DNA of 32,000 nucleotides from an uncultured bacterium (GTDB taxonomy: Bacteria; Bacillota_I; Bacilli_A; RF39; UBA660), in the NCBI GenBank assembly GCA_959020415.1, contig CAUERX010000008.1:5466-37465 (forward strand). Reading direction: 5' to 3'. The position numbers and the translations under genes are program-made. Below the pieces are notes generated by a model. It had not been told where the DNA came from. It ran no database searches and worked only from the letters and a program-made list of their open reading frames with translations. This document shows positions 10,066 through 18,790 of the stretch, one piece after another (position 1 is the stretch's first letter; every line of letters starts with the position of its first letter).

Positions 10066-12197
10066 TATTTAATCGCTTCCTTTCGTGAAAGGTTCAATCT
10101 TCCTTTCTTATCATATCCTAATGATTTAACTAGGATTTCATCACCGACTTTAATCATATCACTTGGCTTTTCAACACGTTTAGTGTCCAATTGTGATACA
10201 TGAACTAAGCCTTCTGTTCCAGGCCATAGTTCAACAAAACAACCAAAGTCTTCAACTTTAACAACTTTACCTGTATAAATGGTATCCATTTCAACTTCTT
10301 TGATAACATCTTTAATACGATTAGCTGTTTCTTCGATAACTTTTTTATCACTATGATAAATAATGACAGTACCATCATCTTCTAAATCAACTTTAACAGC
10401 ATTAACATCGTTAACACTTGTAACGTTACTTGTTTCAAGAATAATTTTAGTGATCATTTCGCCACCTTTTCCGATAACTTCTTTAATCTTATCCGGATTA
10501 ATAGTAAAAGTCATCATTTTTGGTGCGTATTCACTAACTTCAGGTCTTGGTTCTGGAATTGTATCTGTAAGAACTTCTAAAATTTGCAATCTTGCTTCTT
10601 TAGCTTGGTACAAAGCTTCTTTTAGGATTTGTTTACTAATGCCTTTAATTTTGATATCCATTTGTAAAGCACAAATACCATCTTTGGTTCCTGCTACCTT
10701 AAAATCCATATCACCTAAGTGATCTTCCATACCTTGAATGTCGGTTAAAATAGTATATTCATCACCAGCAGTTATTAGTCCCATAGCAATACCCGCAACT
10801 GGAGCTTTAATTGGAACACCTGCGGCCATTAAACTCATACATCCCGCACAGATACTTGCTTGTGAAGAAGAACCATTACTTTCTAAGATTTCTGACACAA
10901 CTCTAATCGTATATGGAAATTCATCTTCTGAAGGGATAACTTGGGCTAAAGCTTTTTCGCCTAAAGCACCATGTCCAACTTCTCTTCTGCCTGGAGCGCC
11001 ATATCTACCAGTTTCACCAACTGAAAATTGTGGGAAGTTATAGTGTAACATAAATCTTTTTTCTGATTCTAAATCTAAGCCGTCTAAAATTTGATGTTCA
11101 CCTAATGCACCTAGAGTTGTCACTGATAAACTTTGAGTTTCCCCTCTTGTAAATAAAGCCGAGCCATGCGTTCTTGGTAAAATGTCAATATCAGCAGATA
11201 GTGGCCTAATTTCTTTCATTTCACGACCATCTGCACGTTTTTTTTCTAAAACAACGATTTTACGGAAAGCCTCATATTCAACTTCTTCAAAAACTAAAGT
11301 TACTTTAGTTAATAATTGTTTTAATTCTTCAGGTTTTAAAGTCTCTTCATTTGCTTCTTTATATTCATTAACTAAGTTATCTTTTATTTCGTCTATTTTA
11401 CCGTATTTTTCTAGCTTGTCTTTGATTCTTAAAGCGGCGTCAAGCGGTTCTTTTATTTTACTAGTAATTTCGGCTTTTAAAGTTTCAGAAATTTCTAGTT
11501 TTTCATATTCCATTTTTGGCTCGCCAATTTCTTTAATAATTTCTTCCTCGAAAGCAATTAACTCTTTGATAGCATCATGACCAAACATTAAAGCCTCTAG
11601 CATATCATCTTCATTAACCTCTTTCGCTGAAGATTCAACCATATTAATTGCTTCTTTTGTTCCAGCGACTGTTAAATCAATATCTGATATTTCAGCTTGT
11701 TCAATTGTTGGATTAATAATAAATTCACCATTAATTCGTCCAACTTTTACACTAGCAATTGGTCCATTAAATGGAATTTTACTAATTGAAGTAGCTAAAG
11801 ATGAACCAAATAATGCAGCCATTTCTGGGGAATTATTTGGGTCAACTGATAATACAGTATTAACAATTTGGACTTCATTTTTGAAGTCTTCTGGGAATAG
11901 TGGACGCATTGGTCTATCAATCATTCTAGCGGCTAAAGTCGCATTTTCGGTTGGACGTCCTTCCCTTTTGATAAATCCACCAGGGATTTTACCAACTGAA
12001 TATAATTTTTCTTGGTATAGTACCATAAGTGGGAAAAAGTCTGATAATAAATTAGCAGTTTTTGAAACAACAGACGTTGATAAAACTACAGTATCTCCAT
12101 ACCTCACTAGAACTGCCCCACTAGCTTGTTTAGCTAATTGTCCATGTTCAACAATTAATTTTCGACCTCTAAAGTCTAATTCAAATACTTTCTTCAT
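10065..12197 (-). CDS. pnp: polyribonucleotide nucleotidyltransferase (PNPase)
   Basis: 710 aa with two RNase PH-like domains plus KH (..[12 protein letters not shown]..) and S1 (..[23 protein letters not shown]) domains. It sits in the canonical position after rpsO. Confidence 0.97.
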   Translation of the reverse strand: MKKVFELDFRGRKLIVEHGQLAKQASGAVLVRYGDTVVLSTSVVSKTANLLSDFFPLMVLYQEKLYSVGKIPGGFIKREGRPTENATLAARMIDRPMRPLFPEDFKNEVQIVNTVLSVDPNNSPEMAALFGSSLATSISKIPFNGPIASVKVGRINGEFIINPTIEQAEISDIDLTVAGTKEAINMVESSAKEVNEDDMLEALMFGHDAIKELIAFEEEIIKEIGEPKMEYEKLEISETLKAEITSKIKEPLDAALRIKDKLEKYGKIDEIKDNLVNEYKEANEETLKPEELKQLLTKVTLVFEEVEYEAFRKIVVLEKKRADGREMKEIRPLSADIDILPRTHGSALFTRGETQSLSVTTLGALGEHQILDGLDLESEKRFMLHYNFPQFSVGETGRYGAPGRREVGHGALGEKALAQVIPSEDEFPYTIRVVSEILESNGSSSQASICAGCMSLMAAGVPIKAPVAGIAMGLITAGDEYTILTDIQGMEDHLGDMDFKVAGTKDGICALQMDIKIKGISKQILKEALYQAKEARLQILEVLTDTIPEPRPEVSEYAPKMMTFTINPDKIKEVIGKGGEMITKIILETSNVTSVNDVNAVKVDLEDDGTVIIYHSDKKVIEETANRIKDVIKEVEMDTIYTGKVVKVEDFGCFVELWPGTEGLVHVSQLDTKRVEKPSDMIKVGDEILVKSLGYDKKGRLNLSRKEAIK

Positions 12198-12215
12198 TGC
12201 GTCCTCCTATATAAA

Positions 12216-12238
12216 AGGCACTCAAAAAAAGAGTGCCT
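12216..12238 (-). terminator. rpsO terminator/attenuator hairpin in the rpsO-pnp spacer
   Basis: 8-bp stem AGGCACTC/GAGTGCCT with a 7-nt loop, followed on the minus strand by TTTATAT and then the pnp RBS AGGAGGA. Confidence 0.7.
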
Positions 12239-12250
12239 ACTTATCTTTTA

Positions 12251-12520
12251 TTATTTTCTTAAGCCTAAAGATTTAATAAGATCACGATATTCAGTGATAT
12301 CTTTTTGCATTAAGTATTTTTGTAAACTCTTTCTGTGACCAACTTTCTTAAGAAGTCCTCTTTTTGAATGATAGTCATGTGGATGAGTTTTTAAATGTCC
12401 ATTTAATTCGTTAATTTCTTCGGTAAGAATTGCGATTTGAACAGCAGCAGATCCTGTGTCTTGTTCGTTTTTACCATATTTTTTAACGATACTAGCTCTT
12501 TGTTCTTTTGTTAAAGCCAT
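12251..12520 (-). CDS. rpsO: 30S ribosomal protein S15
   Basis: 89 aa: [70 protein letters not shown].. This is a canonical S15. Confidence 0.97.
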   Translation of the reverse strand: MALTKEQRASIVKKYGKNEQDTGSAAVQIAILTEEINELNGHLKTHPHDYHSKRGLLKKVGHRKSLQKYLMQKDITEYRDLIKSLGLRK

Positions 12521-12603
12521 TTTCTTTCCTCCTTTTCTTTTTTATATGCTTAATCCGAGAATAAAAGATGGAGTTCTTCTAATCCAAGAATAAGTACATT
12601 AAT

Positions 12604-12632
12604 AATATACACTACTTTAGTAAAAAATGCAA
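12604..12632 (-). promoter_or_regulatory. sigma-A-type promoter of rpsO
   Basis: On the minus strand: TTGCAT (12632-12627), 17-nt spacer, TATATT (12609-12604). This leaves a leader of about 75 nt. Confidence 0.5.
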
Positions 12633-12658
12633 GAAATTAAAAATAAAAATAATTTTTG

Positions 12659-13504
12659 TTAATGTCTTGAACTATTAATTGATTTTTTAAACATCTTTCC
12701 AAATTCGGTTTTAGGATTTTTGTCAGCTAATTTTTTATAGAAAAAAGCTTGTGATGTAGTGTTACGAAAATCATAGGTTTTTTTGTTTTTATTACTACCA
12801 ATTGTGAGCAATGGGAAACCATCTTCTCCTAGTTTCCAACCAACACTTTTATAACTAAATTCAACATCCTTTTCACTAACACCATTAGCTCTTTGGGCTT
12901 GATACATTTCAATTCTACGTTTTTCAAGAAAAATATTACGAAAGGCATTAAAATCCGGATGATTATTTTGAGTGTCACTTATATGTTTAGTTACTACATC
13001 TTGTGGATATTGTTCTTCAAATACTCGTGTACTTAAAAGGGCATCTCTTTTAATCGCAGGGTTATATCCAACCCCAATCCCTACGGCAATAAAATTATCA
13101 CGAACTAAATTTTCATAAGTTTCAACGTAGTCATTTCTTACACATACGATTTCATTGGTAGTTGCTTCAGCAAAACCAAATTGCTCACGTAATGAAATCC
13201 ATGCTGGATGATACCTAATAATAAATGGATCTATATGCTCTCCATGATCGGCAACTGTTTCTAGACTTCTTCCCATTTCTTTAGCCATTTGTACATTATG
13301 ACTAAAGCGCATAAGTTGATCGCCAACTTTTTCCGGATTAGAGTATTTTTGCCCATCTAATCTAATATATTCAATAGGCCAGTTGGCATTATCATTAAAC
13401 TTTACACTCGCACTGCTTTCAGTGACATAACCGACATTTTCTATAAAACTTTGCTTTTTAGCCTCTAATGTCATAGTTGAATAATTTTTATTTCTTGTTT
13501 TCAT
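12659..13504 (-). CDS. hypothetical protein, no family recognised
   Basis: 281-aa ORF with a good RBS (GAGGTG 5 nt before the ATG) and no TM segments or signal peptide. Its own putative promoter overlaps the upstream terminator. Confidence 0.6.
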   Translation of the reverse strand: MKTRNKNYSTMTLEAKKQSFIENVGYVTESSASVKFNDNANWPIEYIRLDGQKYSNPEKVGDQLMRFSHNVQMAKEMGRSLETVADHGEHIDPFIIRYHPAWISLREQFGFAEATTNEIVCVRNDYVETYENLVRDNFIAVGIGVGYNPAIKRDALLSTRVFEEQYPQDVVTKHISDTQNNHPDFNAFRNIFLEKRRIEMYQAQRANGVSEKDVEFSYKSVGWKLGEDGFPLLTIGSNKNKKTYDFRNTTSQAFFYKKLADKNPKTEFGKMFKKSINSSRH

Positions 13505-13533
13505 AATACACCTCAGCGTATTATATTATAGAA

Positions 13534-13570
13534 AAAACACCCTAGAGTCAATATCTTTACTAGGTGTTTT
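13534..13570 (-). terminator. hairpin plus T-run between the two unknown genes
   Basis: On the minus strand: AAAACACCTAG, a 14-nt loop, CTAGGGTGTTTT (one bulged base), followed by TT. TTGACT (13551-13546) in the loop plus TAATAT (13528-13523, 17-nt spacer) could be the promoter of the downstream gene. Confidence 0.5.
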
Positions 13571-13600
13571 AATATTTAAATTAACTATTGTGTTGTTATT

Positions 13601-14341
13601 TTAAACCAATATTTTATAAATTACAGCTATATCATCTATTTCTTTAAATCTTGGTAGTTTCTCTAAAGAAGAATCTTTTTCTTCAATGCGTTTCAAATGA
13701 CTATAACAATATTTAACGCCTTGCTCTTTTACTAAAGTGAAAAAATCTTTATTCGATAATTCTAAATATTTTTGATAATTTTGAAATCCTTCGTTGCAAA
13801 GAATTATTGAATGGGCATCATCATAATTTATTTCACTATAAAAATATTTATTTTTTTCGTCAAGACTAGAATATAGTTCTTTAAAGTTAATTTCATTTAA
13901 TGCTTTATCTTTTAAGCTAATAAAATTATTTTGACTTTCTTCCTTTAGTCTTTTTAATAATGCATTTTTATAATTACTAATTTCTTGACGTTCTAAAAGA
14001 TAAACTTTATCGGCTTTTAAATAGCACTTAACATCATTAATTAAAAGGATTTCTAGTTTATCAACATTTTTTTTACAAATCCCCAAACTAATATAGGGAA
14101 TGTTACCTTTAAAATTTCTATTGACATAATTACTAGCCTTTATAGCAGCACCTATCGCATTTTCAGTTAACAGATATTTTTTTAAGGCCATTTTTAAATT
14201 TGAAACATACCATTTTACTGATGTTATATCATTATTTGGTTCTAAACTACCATCGATTACAAAAGTATAGTTTTTTGTATTGGTGGCGGCGGTTAAACGA
14301 TAATTTCCGGCTTTTTTATTTACTTTCTCTACTGTTTTCAT
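13601..14341 (-). CDS. hypothetical protein, no family recognised
   Basis: 246-aa ORF whose start overlaps the last 26 nt of truB. The Shine-Dalgarno is weak. It is soluble, K/N/E-rich, and has no recognisable motif. Confidence 0.5.
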   Translation of the reverse strand: MKTVEKVNKKAGNYRLTAATNTKNYTFVIDGSLEPNNDITSVKWYVSNLKMALKKYLLTENAIGAAIKASNYVNRNFKGNIPYISLGICKKNVDKLEILLINDVKCYLKADKVYLLERQEISNYKNALLKRLKEESQNNFISLKDKALNEINFKELYSSLDEKNKYFYSEINYDDAHSIILCNEGFQNYQKYLELSNKDFFTLVKEQGVKYCYSHLKRIEEKDSSLEKLPRFKEIDDIAVIYKILV

Positions 14342-15200
14342 ATAGCATTTTCCACATCCTTAATTTGCCATTTTCTTTTTGGTAAATTGCCAGCTCTTTT
14401 CCCTCTTTATCAACAAATAAAACTCTTTCATTACTTCCATCTAGTGGAACACCATTTAGAATTTTGAATTTTTCTTCATCACTTACTTCTTTAACCTTAA
14501 TATCTAAAGCGTCTTTAATAGTCATTATTTGACAATGACCTTTTTCAATATCTTTAATGTTATATGCTTCAGCAAGCTTAAATTTTCCTTGACTAATTCT
14601 AGTTAAAGCCCTCATAGTTCCATAAGTGTTCAAATGATAAGCAATATCTCTAATTAAACTTCTAATATAAGTACCTTTACTAACTTTAGTATAAAAAGTA
14701 AAAATGGTTTTATTATCTTTAATTTCATACGATAATAATTTATTTTTAAACACGGTTATTTCTTTTTTAGGAAGCTCTACGTCTTCGCCTTTTCTCGCAT
14801 ATTCGTAAAGTTTTTTCCCATTTACTTTTACAGCTGAATATTTAGGAACTTCTTGATTATAAGTTTTTTCAAAATATTTTAAAGCCATAGTAATGTCTTC
14901 TTTACTAATTACTTTAGTTTCCTTTTTTAATATAGTTCCTTCGGTATCTAAAGTATCAGTTTCTAAGCCAAGTATTACTTCAGCTTGGTATTCTTTAGTT
15001 TGACTTGTTAAAACCTCTGATAATTTAGTAGCTTTACCTAAAGTAATAACTAATACGCCGGTTGCGAGAGGATCTAAGGTACCGGTGTGCCCACATTTAG
15101 TATTTAAAAGGCTTTGAACTTTATTTACAATATCTCTGCTTGTTGGCCCACTTGGCTTATTTACTACTAATATTCCTGTTTTATTATTTGCGTATTTCAA
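14316..15200 (-). CDS. truB: tRNA pseudouridine(55) synthase TruB
   Basis: 294 aa. It contains GILVVNKPSGPTSRDIV and the catalytic-Asp motif GHTGTLDPLATGVL. Confidence 0.93.
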   Translation of the reverse strand: MKYANNKTGILVVNKPSGPTSRDIVNKVQSLLNTKCGHTGTLDPLATGVLVITLGKATKLSEVLTSQTKEYQAEVILGLETDTLDTEGTILKKETKVISKEDITMALKYFEKTYNQEVPKYSAVKVNGKKLYEYARKGEDVELPKKEITVFKNKLLSYEIKDNKTIFTFYTKVSKGTYIRSLIRDIAYHLNTYGTMRALTRISQGKFKLAEAYNIKDIEKGHCQIMTIKDALDIKVKEVSDEEKFKILNGVPLDGSNERVLFVDKEGKELAIYQKENGKLRMWKMLYENSRESK

Positions 15201-16575
15201 ATTCAGTACCTTCCCTAGTATCTTTAATGATAATGTTTTGACTTAGTAATTCTTCTCTAATGGCATCGGCCTTAGCGTAGTCTTTATCTTGTTTAGCCTG
15301 ATTACGTTCTTTTATTTTCTCTTCAATATGCGCCTTTAATTCAGGGGTAATCTCTTCAACTTTTAATAAATCCAGACTTAAAACTTTATCAAAGTCATTT
15401 ATCAAATATAATTTACTTTTATTGGAAAGATTTGATTTTAAAACATTATAAACTGTTGTCAAAGCTAAAGACGTATTTAAATCATTGCTTAGAGCTTCTT
15501 TAAACTCCATTTGAAACGCTTTTATTTTATCATGTTCTAATTCGCCTTCTTTTTTAAGTTTTTTTATTTTACTAACTAATTTATTATAAGCGTCTTTGGC
15601 ATTATCTAAATTATTAAAATCAAATAACAATTGTTTACGATAATGGGAACTTAAACACATATATCTAAATACTAATGGATTATAACCGTTTTTTACTAAA
15701 GTATCAACGGTTAAAAAGTCACCTTTTGATTTACTCATTTTACCGGTAGCATCATTAAGATGTTCAGTATGGAACCAATAATTACACCAAGGATGACCTA
15801 AATAGGCTTCTGATTGAGCAATTTCGTTAGTATGATGTGGGAAGATGTTATCAACTCCACCACAATGTATATCGAGATACTCACCTAGATAATTAATAGA
15901 TATGGCTGAACATTCAATATGCCATCCAGGGTATCCAGTTCCAAATGGACTATCCCATTTTAATTCTTGATCATCAAATTTTGATTTAGTAAACCATAAA
16001 ACAAAATCCCCTTGGTTATGTTTACCTTGGTCTTCTTCAACACCGTCTCTTACCCCAACTACCATTTCATCTTCTTTATGGTTTGTTAAAGCATAATAAT
16101 CAGATAATTTGGTTATATCAAAATAAATATTACCATTTGATTTATAAGCATAGCCTTTTTCTAATAATGATTCAATTATTTTTATATATTTATCGATACA
16201 TGCCGTTGCAGGTATAACAATATCTGGCCATCTAATATTTAATTTTTCACAGTCGCTCTTAAAAGCATCTGTATACCTTTTTGCAATATCTAAAACAGTA
16301 GTGTGCTCTCTTTTAGCGCCTTTTAACATTTTATCATCACCGCTATCGGAGTCACTTGTTAGATGTCCAACGTCAGTGATATTCATACATCTTTTAACAT
16401 TATATCCTAAATATTTTAAAGATTTTTCTAAAATGTCTTCGGAAATATAGTTACGCATATTGCCAATATGCGCGAAATGATAAACAGTTGGTCCGCAAGT
16501 ATATAAAGTTACTTCTTCTTTATTATGAGGAATAAATTCCTCAACTTGCCTTGTAAGTGTGTTATATAATTTCAT
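15184..16575 (-). CDS. cysS: cysteine--tRNA ligase
   Basis: HIGN and KMSKS class I signatures are present. The ORF is open to a GTG at 16584. The ATG at 16575 gives the canonical MKLYNTLTRQ N-terminus and lies 5 nt after AAGGTGA, so I prefer it. Confidence 0.93.
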   Translation of the reverse strand: MKLYNTLTRQVEEFIPHNKEEVTLYTCGPTVYHFAHIGNMRNYISEDILEKSLKYLGYNVKRCMNITDVGHLTSDSDSGDDKMLKGAKREHTTVLDIAKRYTDAFKSDCEKLNIRWPDIVIPATACIDKYIKIIESLLEKGYAYKSNGNIYFDITKLSDYYALTNHKEDEMVVGVRDGVEEDQGKHNQGDFVLWFTKSKFDDQELKWDSPFGTGYPGWHIECSAISINYLGEYLDIHCGGVDNIFPHHTNEIAQSEAYLGHPWCNYWFHTEHLNDATGKMSKSKGDFLTVDTLVKNGYNPLVFRYMCLSSHYRKQLLFDFNNLDNAKDAYNKLVSKIKKLKKEGELEHDKIKAFQMEFKEALSNDLNTSLALTTVYNVLKSNLSNKSKLYLINDFDKVLSLDLLKVEEITPELKAHIEEKIKERNQAKQDKDYAKADAIREELLSQNIIIKDTREGTEFEIRK

Positions 16576-16718
16576 TTTCATCACCTTGCCTTATTATAAC
16601 ATATTACTATAGTTTATTTCTAGAATATCAGAAAAAAACTAAAAATTACATATTAGATTAATTTGAAATCGACCGTTGACTTATTACTTAAAATTTTAAA
16701 GAATTTTAAAAATAATTA

Positions 16719-16747
16719 TTGCATAAAATAAAGTAATATGATATTAT
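16719..16747 (+). promoter_or_regulatory. sigma-A-type promoter for the tRNA pair
   Basis: TTGCAT (16719-16724), 17-nt spacer ending in TGa, TATTAT (16742-16747). It lies about 19 nt upstream of the first tRNA. Confidence 0.5.
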
Positions 16748-16765
16748 ATAAAAGTCAGGAGATTT

Positions 16766-16842
16766 GGACCCTTAGCTCAGTTGGTTAGAGCATCCGGCTC
16801 ATAACCGGACGGTCGATGGTTCGAATCCATCAGGGTCCACCA
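16766..16842 (+). tRNA. tRNA with CAT anticodon (elongator Met or lysidine-dependent Ile2; not initiator)
   Basis: A 77-nt cloverleaf: acceptor GGACCCT/AGGGTCC, D-arm GCTCAGTTGGTTAGAGC, anticodon stem TCCGG/CCGGA with loop CTCATAA, T-arm GATGG TTCGAAT CCATC, and an encoded CCA. The paired 1:72 position argues against fMet. Confidence 0.93.
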
Positions 16843-16851
16843 TTTAAATAT

Positions 16852-16936
16852 GCGGGTGTGGCGAAATTGGTAGACGCACTAGACTTAGGATCTAGCGCCT
16901 TACGGCATGGGGGTTCAAGTCCCTTCACCTGCACCA
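16852..16936 (+). tRNA. tRNA-Leu (TAG anticodon), class II with a long variable arm
   Basis: 85 nt: acceptor GCGGGTG/CACCTGC, anticodon stem CTAGA/TCTAG with loop CTTAGGA, a long variable arm, T-loop TTCAAGT, and an encoded CCA. Confidence 0.95.
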
Positions 16937-16948
16937 TAATGAAATTTG

Positions 16949-16975
16949 CCCTTGTTTTATAAGGGTTTTTGTTTG
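16949..16975 (+). terminator. weak hairpin plus T-run after tRNA-Leu
   Basis: CCCTT (16949-16953) pairs with AAGGG (16961-16965) around a 7-nt loop, followed by TTTTTGTTTG. Confidence 0.4.
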
Positions 16976-17035
16976 CTAGAAAATATTTTGGTCTTGTTTT
17001 ACATTTATTTGTGATAGAATATAAGTGGTGATAAT

Positions 17036-17977
17036 ATGATAACTAGAAATAAAAGATTAGAACAAATTAAATATGTAGTTGATAATAGTGACAATGTAAA
17101 GATAAACGAAAATAAAATAAGTGATTATGCCAATATGTTAAAAGTAAACGAAAATAGTCATTATTGGCTAAATAAATATAAAAATGACTTTTCGGAAAAA
17201 CAGCTTATTTTATTAGTATTCATAATAGAATCAATAAATTTTTGTTTTTGGAAAAAGCCGTATATTGAAAAAGATTTTAATGGGTATCACTATAATCGCT
17301 CAACAGCCATGATTTATTCATTGTTAGATAAAAGTATAACTGATAAAAATTTTTTAGCCATTGATAATTTAATCAATTTAACAAAGAAAAGTTTAATAAA
17401 TATTTTGGGTGGAGATAATGATTTACCTTTAATAGATGAAAGATATAATAATCTCAGGGAAACAATAAATATTATTTATAACAAAGGTGATAAGTTTTTT
17501 GACGAGTTATTTAGCATTAAAAGTTGCACGGGATTATTAGAATATATTATAAATAATTTTCCTAGTTTTAGAGATACAAGTAATTATAAGGACCAAAAAA
17601 TTTATTTTTATAAACGAGCTAATTTATTGGTTCGCGATTTGTTTGAAGTGAGTTTTATGATAAAAAAAAATATTACAAGTATTGACGATTTACTAGGATG
17701 CGCGGATTACGTTATTCCTAAGATTTTTAGATATTACGGCCTAATTGAATACAGCGATGAATTAGCTAATATCATTGATAATGAGGATTTAATTCTACAT
17801 GATTCTAATTTTGAAATTGAGATTAGAGCAAATATGCTTTATGTTATTGAATTAATAAAGGCTGAATTAGAACATAATGGAGTGAAAACAAATTCAATTT
17901 TATTAGATAACTTTATATGGGTTACAGGAAGAAACATCAAAGGTAATCATCATTTAACAGAAACAATTTTCTACTAA
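17036..17977 (+). CDS. queuosine-salvage protein, QNG1/DUF2419 family (queuosine 5'-phosphate N-glycosylase/hydrolase-like)
   Basis: 313 aa. Several blocks are collinear with the human QNG1 (C9orf64) sequence as I remember it: ESINFCFW vs [26 protein letters not shown] vs [41 protein letters not shown] vs [37 protein letters not shown] vs [25 protein letters not shown] vs NSILLDYYLW. Confidence 0.85.
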   Translation: [313 protein letters not shown]

Positions 17978-18006
17978 GCATAAAAAAGATTATCAATTAT
18001 GATAAT

Positions 18007-18709
18007 CTAATTATCTACCCCTACTTTTTTATAAGCAATATTAAACATAATAACACTTAATAATAACCATGCTGTAATCACAATAAATGGTATACCTACA
18101 CTAGAAAGGCTCATGGTACTATCGCCAATATTTTTAAAAATAGTCATCATTGCATCGGTTGGTAATAGCGCTGATATATTTTCAGCTGTTTTATTGCCAA
18201 TCATGCCAATAAACATTGGTGCCATAAGGACAACCATAAAGGGCATTGAAAGTAATCCAGCAGACATTTGGTTCTTGGCAAATAATCCAACAAAAGCCCC
18301 AAACAAGATAATTGCAAGTCCTACAAAAAGTGAAACTAATTGATATAATATAAAACTACTCATAGGTAAGCCTAGAATAAGATATATTAAAATATTACCA
18401 ACGATTACAAACAACATACAAATTAAAGCTTTTGCGGTTAATATTTCTGAAGCTTTAATATCATTCAGCATTAAAGTTCTTAGGGTGTTTTTTTCTTTTT
18501 CTTCAGCGATTATAGTTCCCATTAAAGCAACTGGAACCATTGCTAAATTTAATATTTAATTGGTTAGTTAATATTTTGATGGTTGTTATTTTTCCAACAC
18601 CGCTAGGTTCTAGAAACCCGAAAATTTCATTTTGTTTAACTTCAAATGTAAGATCATTTAAAATCTGTTTATTTCCAAATGAAATACTTAAACTTTTAGC
18701 TTTTATCAT
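18007..18709 (-). pseudogene. remnant of an ABC-2-type transporter: N-terminal stub of the ATPase fused by deletion to the C-terminal half of the permease
   Basis: The stub MIKAKSLSISFGNKQILNDLTFEVKQNEIFGFLEPSGVGKITTIKILTNQL carries a corrupted Walker A (GFLEPSGVGKIT instead of G-x-x-G-x-GK-T/S-T). It then runs out of frame. In another frame, VPVALMGTIIAEEKEKNTLRTLML.. and about 4 TM helices form the ABC-2 permease C-terminal half. The whole remnant is about 0.7 kb, whereas an intact pair would need well over 1.5 kb. Confidence 0.8.
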
Positions 18710-18790
18710 TTTGAACTTCTCCTATCTATTAATATTGTATTATATTTAACTATTATCATAAAGGTTTAAATAAAAAAAAGCTTAGCGCTT

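Noticed and set aside
10363-12276. Four long plus-strand ORFs (119, 101, 132 and 131 aa), all in the same frame, antisense to pnp. Together they look like a nearly continuous 1.9-kb antisense reading frame.
   Set aside because: In this frame offset, an antisense stop requires a sense codon ending in T or C followed by a Tyr, His or Gln codon. These are scarce in pnp, so the open frame is a by-product of PNPase codon composition. The products are low-complexity S/L/I/K-rich strings, and there are no RBS or promoter signals.
12659-14341. Are the two unknown genes between truB and rpsO a diverged ribF (FAD synthetase / riboflavin kinase) split in two?
   Set aside because: Neither translation shows the nucleotidyltransferase (H-x-G-H-like) motif or the riboflavin-kinase motifs, and the lengths and order do not fit. 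They are treated as unrelated unknown genes.
16585-16765. I expected a T-box leader upstream of cysS, which is common in Firmicutes.
   Set aside because: The conserved T-box sequence (AGGGTGGTACCGCG-like) and a specifier/antiterminator architecture are not visible on the minus strand. The intergenic space is short and shared with the divergent tRNA promoter. A TGtTATAAT element (16593-16601) sits so close to the SD that its role is unclear, so no feature was called.
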